A stretch of DNA of 64,000 nucleotides from positions 32,001 to 96,000 of the IMG/VR virus record IMGVR_UViG_3300043423_000073; one strand, written 5' to 3'. The stretch is from a virus. Lineage: Duplodnaviria > Caudoviricetes. Below the pieces are notes generated by a model that searched no databases, was not told where the DNA came from, and saw only the letters and a program-made list of their open reading frames with translations. This document shows, in pieces, positions 18,816 to 27,706 of the stretch; position 1 is the first letter of the stretch; the number at the start of each line of letters is the position of its first letter. The position numbers and the translations under genes are program-made.

Positions 18816-19718
18816 ATTTATCTTCCGGGGAAAGAACGCCTTGTACCTTTAACCGTAAAACTTTTTAACCCAGTTGGTGAGCAGCAATTCATTTCGGCCA
18901 GTAAGTAGCTGTGCCTTACCACTACCGGGCGACTGCCTTCGCATTTCTTTTAGAACAATCTGGGTTACAGAGCCTGAGTATTGTCGGTAGAATGAGGCGT
19001 TAACCGGATTTTCTGTGTCCGTGTACCAAAATGTATTAGGCAGACATAGCTGTAGGGTTTGCCTCAAAGTTTCGGACGTCCAGCGACTGCCATATGTTTC
19101 GATAGGGTTAGACATGTACGGCGGGTCGGCGTACACAAAGGAGCCTTTCTGGACCTTTACGTTTCTAAAATCGTCACATACCAGGTCTATAGACTGCGCC
19201 CGTTCGTGTAATCGAATGTAAGAGGCTTTATCGTAGGGTGTAAAGCGGAGGCCAGAGCTTTGATTAAAACCGTTAGGGCCAAAACGAATCAAACCGTTTA
19301 TACAGCTGCGCGCCAACAACAGCAAACCCAAACCCGTCTTTCTGTGGTTAGACGCCCATAGAGTTGAGTTAAACCAGTCTCTATAAAGATAGTAATCTTC
19401 CTTTCTAGCGAGACGCCATCTCCTACAGACATAGGTCTGCAGCTTGTCCATGTCTTTCCATGAAAAGTCCTTGATCGCCTTATGCATAAGAATTACATTT
19501 GGATCTATGTCCACGGCAATGTGTTTTTTAGAGACGTCCACATTATAAGAAACAAGTCCACTGCCCACGAACAGATCATAAAATCTGCCCTCTATTCTAG
19601 CCGGCAGGTACTTTAGTAGGTGATGTTTTATTCCTGGGTAAGGAAAAGTTTTGTCCATACTGATATTCCTAGCAGGAGGCTTCACTGAGGTTTACATTTA
19701 TCTTCCGGGGAAAGAACG
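18816..19718. repeat. 23-bp direct repeat flanking the MTase gene
   Basis: ATTTATCTTCCGGGGAAAGAACG at 18816-18838 and 19696-19718. Confidence 0.9.
18849..19685 (-). CDS. DNA adenine methyltransferase (Dam/D12 class)
   Basis: YPGxK, DLFVGSG (motif I), NGLIRF...FN, YADPPY (motif IV). Confidence 0.88.
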   Translation of the reverse strand: MKPPARNISMDKTFPYPGIKHHLLKYLPARIEGRFYDLFVGSGLVSYNVDVSKKHIAVDIDPNVILMHKAIKDFSWKDMDKLQTYVCRRWRLARKEDYYLYRDWFNSTLWASNHRKTGLGLLLLARSCINGLIRFGPNGFNQSSGLRFTPYDKASYIRLHERAQSIDLVCDDFRNVKVQKGSFVYADPPYMSNPIETYGSRWTSETLRQTLQLCLPNTFWYTDTENPVNASFYRQYSGSVTQIVLKEMRRQSPGSGKAQLLTGRNELLLTNWVKKFYG

Positions 19719-21173
19719 GTACCCACCAAAGAGTGAAGCCGGTGTCAACAACAAACCAACGGCGGCTGTCCGACCTGCGCGGTGCATATCGCCTGTGCCA
19801 TTGCCTGAACTGTTGCCGGAGCCGTCACCGCGTGTGATGCCTTTGATGACCAAGTTCTGCTTGAATGGCTTGACCTCGTTATCGAGAACCGCCTGGATCT
19901 TTGACGCCATTGAGTCCAGCATCGCAGTCCTGTCTACGTCAAGGCTGATGGCAGAACCAGAGAAAGAAAAAGCCTTCTCGCCTTCCAAAACATATTGGGC
20001 GTCTAAAGCAAATTTCTCAGCGTAGAGCAACCAAAATTCCCGTATGCCTGCCAGCGCATTGGTAAAGGTGAACGAGGTTAGAACACCGTAGGCTCCGTTG
20101 AAAGCGTCGCCTGCTCGACGCAACCACTTAACAATCTCTGTGGCTGGAAACTGAGAGTCAGGTGTACCGTACAAAGTCTGGCGTGCTTTGTTAACCTTGC
20201 CCTTCACATCATCGATTGCCTGTATGAGTGAGGCATTCACAATGTACAAGGCACAGCTTTCGCGGTAGGTCTGCGCAGGCGTATTCCAGAACTTCCACAC
20301 AACCTGGTAGGGGACGAGGCTTACGGCAAGCGCGGAAGTGTCTAGGGTGCCGCCCACAAAGTAACCTCGGGCCACACGCTCAGGGTTAGCGCAGGTTAGC
20401 GAGGCAATCTTTTCATTGTTCTGGTAAATCTCCAGGACATAGTTTTGGAATACCGTTTCGGTCACCAAGCTTAGCGTAGCCAAATCACCTTGCATCTCAA
20501 TGCTGTCCTGCGCACCAATCTGCATGTCAGGAAAACCACGGACACGCAGTGCCTCGTAGTGGTAGGCGTTCTTCCCATCAGGCAAAGTCAAAAGGTAGCG
20601 CAGCTGATAAGGTTCGTCTATCGTAGGCGGAATGTCGCTAGGTACGGTGATGACCGCACGGGCAGTTACGAACGTTGCGGTACCAGTCTCGCGAATGGTG
20701 TACTCGAAGGCGTTACCCGAAGAGTACACCGTGCCGTCAGTGCCGAGGACGTCCCACATCACGTAGCCGCCTGCCGCGCTGACAGAAGGAGCAAGCTGAA
20801 ACTGGGCAGTTGCAAGCGCAGACTTGCCAGCCTCAAGGTCGTCAACCAGGTCTTGGTAAGAGCCAGGGTCTATGCTCTTGTTGGGGTTAAACGTGTTCTC
20901 CTCGGCAAGCACCACAAGCATTATCTCAAAGACACGACTGCTCGTGGTGACGGTCACTGGAATGCCGTAGGTAGATCGCGGAGCCCCGCCTGCGATAGCC
21001 ACCACCAAGGTGGGGCCAGTTGAGATCAGAGACGCTGTCAAGGCTGGGGACGTGGCGGGGGTTATTAAACCGAGCACCGCTGTTGCTACAGTCTCGCCTG
21101 CGTTAAGCGCAAGCGCCTGCTGCAAGGTCAAGCTCTCGGAAGCCTTTTTGGTGTGAACGTAGGTTGCAATCAT
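19698..21173 (-). CDS. putative neck/head-tail adaptor virion protein
   Basis: 491 aa; C-terminal AFSFSGSAISLDVDR resembles jumbo-phage adaptor proteins. Confidence 0.55.
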   Translation of the reverse strand: MIATYVHTKKASESLTLQQALALNAGETVATAVLGLITPATSPALTASLISTGPTLVVAIAGGAPRSTYGIPVTVTTSSRVFEIMLVVLAEENTFNPNKSIDPGSYQDLVDDLEAGKSALATAQFQLAPSVSAAGGYVMWDVLGTDGTVYSSGNAFEYTIRETGTATFVTARAVITVPSDIPPTIDEPYQLRYLLTLPDGKNAYHYEALRVRGFPDMQIGAQDSIEMQGDLATLSLVTETVFQNYVLEIYQNNEKIASLTCANPERVARGYFVGGTLDTSALAVSLVPYQVVWKFWNTPAQTYRESCALYIVNASLIQAIDDVKGKVNKARQTLYGTPDSQFPATEIVKWLRRAGDAFNGAYGVLTSFTFTNALAGIREFWLLYAEKFALDAQYVLEGEKAFSFSGSAISLDVDRTAMLDSMASKIQAVLDNEVKPFKQNLVIKGITRGDGSGNSSGNGTGDMHRAGRTAAVGLLLTPASLFGGYRSFPGR

Positions 21174-21182
21174 TTGATATCC

Positions 21183-22166
21183 TTAAATCCAGACTTCTGG
21201 CAGGCCCTTGTAGGTCAAAGTAATGGACTTCCCACCTTTTAGGTAAGACTCACCCGCGAAATTCTTGCCTACAAACTTTCCTTTGAACAGGCGGCCTTGA
21301 TAGGCGACAACCACAGGTACACCCGGTCTTGGCTTGCCTGGGTACTTTGTGAGTCCTACCTCTTCTGGCAAAACACGAGGGCCAAACTTGCGAGTTAGCT
21401 CGGACTCTTTTAACGCTGCGTCCTTTGCACTCTCGTACTCAGCTTCCTCGGTTGTGTCATATCGACTAGGGTTGAGGCCGCACTTGCGCATCCAGCCTTG
21501 CCACACAGGACCGTGACCGCCTTCGTCTCGATCTCGACTTTGGCTTATTTGGTGAGCGGCTGCATGGCACATCTCATGCACAAACGTCTCGGCAAAGAAG
21601 TCTAGGTCTGCGTTAAAAGTCTTGCCCCACATCCAAAGATGCCCTGCGGAAAAATTAGTGCCTCCTCGGTAAACACCCCGCGCTGTCTTGAGCTTAGGAG
21701 AGAAAGGAGTGAGCGTGGTTGTGATGCTAGGCTCGTCGAGGCGATTACCAAAATACTCTTTGTTCGCCCATTGGAAGAGTTTCTTCATGAAGGGCACACG
21801 CTTGGATTGAGTAGCCTGAGCAAAAGGATACGCCTTGGCTAACACCTCTGGTACTTTGTTGCCTATGCCTTGAACGTGGTGCTTACTTGTTTTTGTTTTT
21901 TCGACCTTGCTCTCGTCGACCAACCGCAGCATGTGGGTGGCTACGGCAACCCCTAACCTACCTACGCCCGGAATGTCAAACACCAAAACCTTTCCGTCTT
22001 GCGCCACAGAGGGCGCTTGCAGCCGTTGCTTAAGGCTACGAACGTCAACCGAGTCAAACGTGTAGGTGTATTTCTTGTCCTCAACCTTTTTCAACACTAA
22101 ACCAGTAAAGCCGTGATTGTGAAGCACCTCGGTTACCTCAGCGGGCTTAAGACTCGCAGTTATCAT
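21183..22166 (-). CDS. SprT-like zinc metalloprotease
   Basis: NKEYFGNRL, HEMCH (HExxH), GHGPVWQGWM. Confidence 0.85.
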   Translation of the reverse strand: MITASLKPAEVTEVLHNHGFTGLVLKKVEDKKYTYTFDSVDVRSLKQRLQAPSVAQDGKVLVFDIPGVGRLGVAVATHMLRLVDESKVEKTKTSKHHVQGIGNKVPEVLAKAYPFAQATQSKRVPFMKKLFQWANKEYFGNRLDEPSITTTLTPFSPKLKTARGVYRGGTNFSAGHLWMWGKTFNADLDFFAETFVHEMCHAAAHQISQSRDRDEGGHGPVWQGWMRKCGLNPSRYDTTEEAEYESAKDAALKESELTRKFGPRVLPEEVGLTKYPGKPRPGVPVVVAYQGRLFKGKFVGKNFAGESYLKGGKSITLTYKGLPEVWI

Positions 22167-22567
22167 TTCTTCCTCGCATAGTAGTTAAGCAGTGCTGCTT
22201 TCAGCTTAGGGTGCATAGGTGAAGGCATTTTGTGCGCCGCCCAGCGAAAATCGGTGTGCTCGTGATTAAGCACCGGAACAAACTCTTCATTCACGAAGCT
22301 GAAAAAGTTGTGGTAGACAAAGCCGTTCGAGCGGGCGACCGCGAAGGGTATGAGCTTGTAGATACCAGAGTAGCCGCCCTCCTCGAAGACCTCTCGCCTA
22401 AGGCCTTGCTCAATGGTCTCGCCGTACTCAACGCCGCCCCCTAGGCAGCACCAGGTGTTTGGCTCATCGCACCGAGAGCTACGCTTGACAAAGAGCACAC
22501 GCCCTGTCGAGCGAGCCACGAAAAGAACACCTGCACCTACACCTGTTGAAGTTTCTGCCTTAATCAT
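22163..22567 (-). CDS. Nudix hydrolase
   Basis: Nudix box GGGVEYGETIEQGLRREVFEEGG; LNHEH...W, PMHP. Start moved to ATG 22567. Confidence 0.9.
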   Translation of the reverse strand: MIKAETSTGVGAGVLFVARSTGRVLFVKRSSRCDEPNTWCCLGGGVEYGETIEQGLRREVFEEGGYSGIYKLIPFAVARSNGFVYHNFFSFVNEEFVPVLNHEHTDFRWAAHKMPSPMHPKLKAALLNYYARKK

Positions 22568-22743
22568 TGTTTTTGCCATCAAGTTGCTTGACTATTTTCT
22601 GTGCCCAACGGAAACCAGCGTCACCGCCCCAACCCCAACCCCAACCCAGCCAAGGCCTGCCTGGCTGCGTCCTGCGCGCCTTTAGGCGGTGTGAGATCTA
22701 TGTCTTTGGAGGAGGCAAGACGAAAGGCAGCGAGCAGTTTCAT
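22560..22743 (-). pseudogene. internally deleted, frameshifted leader-family gene
   Basis: ATG 22743 reads MKLLAAFRLASSKDIDLTPPKGAQDAARQAL and stops at 22621; the shifted frame continues WLGWGWGWGGDAGFRWAQKIVKQLDGKNND* to 22560. Confidence 0.65.
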
Positions 22744-22761
22744 TTTCTACTTTCGAGGTGG

Positions 22762-23409
22762 TTACGGAGAGGCGCGAGTCAGAATAACTCTCAGGTTACG
22801 ACCTTCGTCTGACTCTTTCCAATGTTTGCTAATCTCGTAGGTTAGATGAGGAGCAGGCTCCCAGCGGTCGCCGCCGTTAACAATGTTGAGAAGGTCAACA
22901 GTGTAAGTGTCGTCTACGCAAACCGCAAGGTACTTTGCCTGTGGCGTCAGTAGCTTTTTCCAAAAGTAGGCGCCTGCCGATGATTGTTGGCTGTCGGTGA
23001 TCGCGGCATTGCCGTTTGATGCAAGGTAGTCCCAAAAGATTTTGGTTGCAAGACCTTTAAGCTTTGCTCTGTCTGCCGTTGCACCAAACGCCACTGAGGC
23101 CTGCAACCACAAGTCAAAGTTCTGCAAAAGCCTTCTAACTTTAGGCGTTGCGGTAAAACTCACAGAGTAGACCTGATTAACGTACTGCGGCTGTTCCTTT
23201 GAGTCTAGCGCCACAAAGAACCAGGCGTTTCTGTCATGCGGATCGACATAGGTGTGAACGCTATGCTGGCCGTAATCAAAAAGATGTTGCCGATGCTTAA
23301 GGCGCGCAAAGTCGTCAAACCAAGTGCTCTCGTAAACTTCGGGTATAACCTGAGGCATACCTTCTAACGACCAACGCGCACCTAAACGTTCTGCTACGGC
23401 AATTTTCAT
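22762..23409 (-). CDS. GNAT-like protein with leader MKIAVAERLGA
   Basis: KGLATKIF...ITDSQQSSAGAYFWKKL, typical of phage GNAT-fold domains. Confidence 0.65.
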   Translation of the reverse strand: MKIAVAERLGARWSLEGMPQVIPEVYESTWFDDFARLKHRQHLFDYGQHSVHTYVDPHDRNAWFFVALDSKEQPQYVNQVYSVSFTATPKVRRLLQNFDLWLQASVAFGATADRAKLKGLATKIFWDYLASNGNAAITDSQQSSAGAYFWKKLLTPQAKYLAVCVDDTYTVDLLNIVNGGDRWEPAPHLTYEISKHWKESDEGRNLRVILTRASP

Positions 23410-23888
23410 TTTGCGTCTTCTATTCGTAAGCCCGTCAGGGCTAGCTCGGCAGGCTCGACCGGGTAAGAAGCTTCCTGCCCGGAGGACATACCTGATATGA
23501 GCGTAATGTGTGGGCGGTAATCGTCGAAAGTTGGGACTAACCCGAAATCCGCAGCTAGTTTAGCGTGGAAGCGAGCGAGGTCTGGACTGTCGAGCTCAAG
23601 CACCAAGTAGTAGTCCTCGTCGGCGCCGCGCCATACCGTCAACGCTTTTGCCGTCGCCTTGAAGGCCTGCGCCTGGCTGAGAACTGCAAGCTGCTGCGCG
23701 GCAGTGAGCACGCTATTAGGCGCGTACATCACAGTGCAGTGCATATCCGCAGGCACGGCTAGTCGTCCACCGTGCTGCACTTTTAAGAACTTGCGCAGGA
23801 GGCTTTCCAAATAGCCATAGGAGCTCTTTTGTGGCACCACAGAAATGTAGGTACCCGTGTTTGCTTTGTAGCGACTCTCAACTTTCAT
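23406..23888 (-). CDS. acb1: 2H phosphoesterase, Acb1/T4 gp57B-like (putative anti-CBASS nuclease)
   Basis: Two HxT motifs (MHCTVMY; FDDYRPHITL); TGTYISV and LVLELDS are colinear with recalled T4 gp57B. Start moved to ATG 23888. Confidence 0.75.
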   Translation of the reverse strand: MKVESRYKANTGTYISVVPQKSSYGYLESLLRKFLKVQHGGRLAVPADMHCTVMYAPNSVLTAAQQLAVLSQAQAFKATAKALTVWRGADEDYYLVLELDSPDLARFHAKLAADFGLVPTFDDYRPHITLISGMSSGQEASYPVEPAELALTGLRIEDAK

Positions 23889-23904
23889 GGTGACCTTTCT
23901 GGCA

Positions 23905-24465
23905 TCAAACGTAGTCCTTGTGCATGAGTATTCGCGCACCTTTAAGATTTTTGCTAACGACGTCTTTGTTTTTAGCCAGCCTATCCCAGAGCAATTTAGC
24001 TGCTGGCGCGTGACCTTTTGTTATCAACACTATACCGCTTTGCAAGGCTTTCATGTAAATGAAGGTGGCTAAGCCTTTACCTGCTAACTCTTTTGAAAAA
24101 TCTATATGCGGTACGGCCAGGTTTTTGTAGTTGGTCGCAATCTTCTGCCCTAATTGCTTACCGGCTTCAAAGTCAAAGTACACGTCACCGTAAACGGCAA
24201 AACGCTCGCCAACTTTTTTACACACAAATACTAAAGTTCGGTCGTCGGAAGGGTCCATATAGATTAACCAGCCGTCAACGGTAGCGATATGTTTTAAACC
24301 TTTGCTCCTTAACTCGGCAGCTGTATAGTCTAAAACAGGTGCAAAGGGCTTCTTGGGGCCAACGGTGTAACTATGAGTTTTGCGCGGGTTAGCGTTAATC
24401 GAAGTTGCGTTGCTGCTACGGGTGACTGAAGAAGCACAAAGTCTGCTAAAGGCGTTTAGCTGCAT
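23905..24465 (-). CDS. GNAT-like protein with leader MQLNAFSRLCA
   Basis: ELAGKGLATFIY...HAPAAKLLWDRL. Start moved to ATG 24465. Confidence 0.7.
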   Translation of the reverse strand: MQLNAFSRLCASSVTRSSNATSINANPRKTHSYTVGPKKPFAPVLDYTAAELRSKGLKHIATVDGWLIYMDPSDDRTLVFVCKKVGERFAVYGDVYFDFEAGKQLGQKIATNYKNLAVPHIDFSKELAGKGLATFIYMKALQSGIVLITKGHAPAAKLLWDRLAKNKDVVSKNLKGARILMHKDYV

Positions 24466-24472
24466 GGTGACC

Positions 24473-25624
24473 TTAGCCTCCGTTGATCTCATTCGCAACT
24501 CGGCGCAGCTGCTGCTGGGTTAGGCCGTATTTGTCCTCAAGCCATTCCAGGTCATGCGGTGTCACGCCCTCACCTTGATCAAGCTGGGTAATGGTGAACA
24601 CAATCTTTTTGCCGTCGTAGGGCTTCATCTTGAGGCGAGCCTTTCTACGATTCTTCAAAAGCTTCCGCATCTCTTGGTAAAGCTGCATCTGAATGTCGTC
24701 CACTCGCGTAAGATCGCGTTTCATGACAAAGGTCATGCTTTCTTTGTCTGCCACAATCTTATCAATGTACGGAGCAGCAGAGAAGGCGTCAGGTGTCATG
24801 CCTTTGGTGTTTCGCAGATGCATGTCCATAGGGAGGTTGCCAATCTGCGAACTAAACCCTTCGAGACTAAGCTGGTTGGTGATTGTGCGGACAGCGTCCT
24901 TTGTGTCCTTGACCAGCTCACCTGACTGCAAGCGGGTGGGTTCAACAAAGTCGTGCTCGATAAATACCTCGACTATGTTAGCCTTTGCCTCAATCGTCCA
25001 CCGCAAGGCAACGTAGAGGTGAGGCATGACCTGACCTTCATCGGACACAGCGTTTACCAAGACGATGTAGCCGGCAAAGACTAAATCGCCACCTGCGTTA
25101 ATTGCGACATAGATAAAGTTCTCGATGCTGTCGCACTCAATGTGTTGGTTGTCAGAAAGTTCCTGGGCGAGCTTGGCAAGAAAGCGCTTAAACTCTTTCG
25201 GAGCGTGCCCTTCCGCAATCTTGTTCAGGCTCTTGAAGAGAGCACGAAGTTTGGTCTCAATGTCAACCTTAAGGCGACGAACCGCACCGAGAGTGGCTTC
25301 CACTTTGGGTTCGGCCACACGGAAGGTGCGTTGGATTTGTGCCTCGGCCTCTTCCAGCTCGCGGTACTGATGCGACAACTCTTCGACCAGTCTGTAGTCC
25401 TTTGTCAGCTGTGTCTTGTTAGGAACCTTAGTGACAGGGAAATTAACATCAATTGTCTCTCCCCGGCGAGTGCGTTTAGGCAACTCGCCGTCACCGGAAA
25501 TGTCGAGCACCACCGAGGCGTCCAGGCGCTTGATGCTAATGTCTGCCAGCTGATTTAGCTCCTGCAGTTTTGCGACTTTGTCGTCAATGAAGCGCTTGAC
25601 GTCCTTGAGCGAAGTGAATTTCAT
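24473..25624 (-). CDS. hypothetical (probably virion) protein
   Basis: 383 aa, coiled-coil N-terminal half, phage-typical codon use. Confidence 0.75.
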   Translation of the reverse strand: MKFTSLKDVKRFIDDKVAKLQELNQLADISIKRLDASVVLDISGDGELPKRTRRGETIDVNFPVTKVPNKTQLTKDYRLVEELSHQYRELEEAEAQIQRTFRVAEPKVEATLGAVRRLKVDIETKLRALFKSLNKIAEGHAPKEFKRFLAKLAQELSDNQHIECDSIENFIYVAINAGGDLVFAGYIVLVNAVSDEGQVMPHLYVALRWTIEAKANIVEVFIEHDFVEPTRLQSGELVKDTKDAVRTITNQLSLEGFSSQIGNLPMDMHLRNTKGMTPDAFSAAPYIDKIVADKESMTFVMKRDLTRVDDIQMQLYQEMRKLLKNRRKARLKMKPYDGKKIVFTITQLDQGEGVTPHDLEWLEDKYGLTQQQLRRVANEINGG

Positions 25625-25625
25625 A

Positions 25626-26528
25626 TTAGTAGTCCTTGATGGTTACGTTGCGTCTACGGAGAGTGAGATTATCTCCGCGGAGTTCCATTATGTACCCGGC
25701 CTTGCTTAGCTTGTCCCAGACGTTTCGTGCCATCTGGGTGTGGCCGTCTGTTGCAAGTATGAAGCCCTTGTCGAGCATGAGGCGGTAGATGAAGGCGGTG
25801 ATGCCGTTGCCACGAATTGCCGGCGACAGGATTGCATGCGGTTCAAGTTGCCTTGGGGCTACAACCGTGAAGGATATCTGGCCCAAGACTTCACGCAGGT
25901 CAAAGGAGAACACTGTGTAGTTGTGCTCCCTGCCTAGCCATTGATGGTAACCAACTTTTACCTTAACCCCAAGATCAGCGTCTGCGCCATGTACCCACTC
26001 CTCTATGAGAGGCAAGACCTTGTTGGTCGAAGGTAGCTTAGGGGCGCTACCTGGCGAGAGTATGCGGTAGCTGAGCAGCATACTCTTCGGCAGCTTAAGC
26101 TCATCAATAGCGTCTTCCGCCTTGTATCCGCTGTGCCTACACCAAGCGCGGAGACGCTCAAGAGCGGCCTTTGCTGCGTCCACCACCTCCTTAACAGACT
26201 CATCTGCCTCGTCAAGGCCTTCCTTGGCCACATAGGTAAGCTGTTCGGCAGCCTCCTTAGCGTCCTTGACAAGGTTAAGTGGCGCGAAAGGCAAAACCAA
26301 GGAGTTCCCGCTCTTGTCGGTAAGTGGCACCAGCTCATATTGCCGCACCTCGGCATCCGATAAGGCTTTGGGGTAGGTGAGGACACCGTGCCGAACGCCC
26401 ACTGCCTTGGTGTCTTTCTCGTGGCTAATGTAGCCTTTAGGAACAGCGCCAGGGGCAGGAGGCCTAGCGCGTAACCCGTATTGAAAATCCATTGCGGCAC
26501 TAAGTCTTGCCACGGCGTTAAGTCTCAT
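25626..26528 (-). CDS. DarA_C-like domain fused to a GNAT-like domain, leader MRLNAVARLSA
   Basis: YGLRARPPAPGAVPKG...HGVLTYPKALSDAEVRQYELVP (DarA C-terminal-like); IRGNGITAFIY...HTQMARNVWDKL. Confidence 0.7.
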   Translation of the reverse strand: MRLNAVARLSAAMDFQYGLRARPPAPGAVPKGYISHEKDTKAVGVRHGVLTYPKALSDAEVRQYELVPLTDKSGNSLVLPFAPLNLVKDAKEAAEQLTYVAKEGLDEADESVKEVVDAAKAALERLRAWCRHSGYKAEDAIDELKLPKSMLLSYRILSPGSAPKLPSTNKVLPLIEEWVHGADADLGVKVKVGYHQWLGREHNYTVFSFDLREVLGQISFTVVAPRQLEPHAILSPAIRGNGITAFIYRLMLDKGFILATDGHTQMARNVWDKLSKAGYIMELRGDNLTLRRRNVTIKDY

Positions 26529-27697
26529 AAAAGACCTCCGGTTGATTTATGGTGACTCGGGGCTGCCCCGAGCACACGCTTCTGGCTCGTCTTTGATCTT
26601 TGCGGTAACACATTCCACAACTCTTGCGGCTGGGCAACCCTGACCTGCACCTCGTGACCGAGCATATTGCGATTACGTGTATTCCACGGCGTGCAGCCTT
26701 GGACGATTAGCATCTTGCCTAGTTGGCCCTCGGCAATGACGTCCATTGTGTTTATGTGCGGCACATCGGGAGAAACGATTATCTGAAAGGGCTCTGAGGA
26801 GTCGAGGAGAGACAGATCGTTAGACTTGCCTCGCTTAGGAAACTCAAAGTAAATTGGCTCCAACGATAGCGCGGCTTGCATCTCAAAGTGGGATACGTGA
26901 GCTTCCGTTGCTATGCTAATGTTGTGCGGTCGCCCATCAAAGAAGTCAGTTAGGCGGCGACCTGAAATGTCAACGCCGTCAATCTTTATGCGTGCAACCA
27001 CAACCTTTTTCCCATCCATTGGCCGAAAGACATCCACGGTGGCAGCACCTCGGGGCAAGGTAGCATTAAAGGTGTGAGTGCCAGGCTCTAGGCGTAAACT
27101 GTCTGGCTCAATGTGTGCAGTCGACACCATTTCATGCGCAGCCACAACCTCACGCCATCCCCTAAAAGTCGAGTACCCACCAATGTAGTGAGTGCCAAAG
27201 CAGATTGGGCAGCTAACGTCTGTAACGCCCAGCGAGGTGAGGTCAAAGTCGGCAAGGAGCGAATCGACGTAGTTAGTGTTGCCGCCGTCGCCAAAAACCT
27301 CGCCTTCTTCAAGGTGTGCAAACTCATCCTCAAGCGTTACCACATTCTCCTTTATAGAGGACGGTGGGCGATTGCCAGATATGTCTAAGATGTCGGTTGT
27401 CTTTTGGTAGTCAGATATGCCAAACTCACCGCCCGCGATGACTTGGTGAATGTGGCCGGGCGAGGCCTTGCCGTCAGCGTTTAGGCGGGTGTTAAGCTCA
27501 GAAGTCTTTTTGCTGCATCCGCAGGCACGTCCTTGCACCATGCGGTTGTACAGAATACCCGGTACGCCTTGAGTGCGAAAAGCTGCCTGCATACGCTGTT
27601 GCTGCATAGGTGCAATGTACTCGGTTAGGCGACTTGCGACGTCTGCCCCACGAGCGTTAGCAGGCGTCAGTCCTGATCTTCGATCCATTAATGGCAT
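26525..27697 (-). CDS. putative head closure/neck protein
   Basis: 390 aa with ACGC and CPICFGTHYIGGY, seen in jumbo-phage neck proteins. Confidence 0.55.
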   Translation of the reverse strand: MPLMDRRSGLTPANARGADVASRLTEYIAPMQQQRMQAAFRTQGVPGILYNRMVQGRACGCSKKTSELNTRLNADGKASPGHIHQVIAGGEFGISDYQKTTDILDISGNRPPSSIKENVVTLEDEFAHLEEGEVFGDGGNTNYVDSLLADFDLTSLGVTDVSCPICFGTHYIGGYSTFRGWREVVAAHEMVSTAHIEPDSLRLEPGTHTFNATLPRGAATVDVFRPMDGKKVVVARIKIDGVDISGRRLTDFFDGRPHNISIATEAHVSHFEMQAALSLEPIYFEFPKRGKSNDLSLLDSSEPFQIIVSPDVPHINTMDVIAEGQLGKMLIVQGCTPWNTRNRNMLGHEVQVRVAQPQELWNVLPQRSKTSQKRVLGAAPSHHKSTGGLL

Positions 27698-27706
27698 AGC
27701 TAGCCT

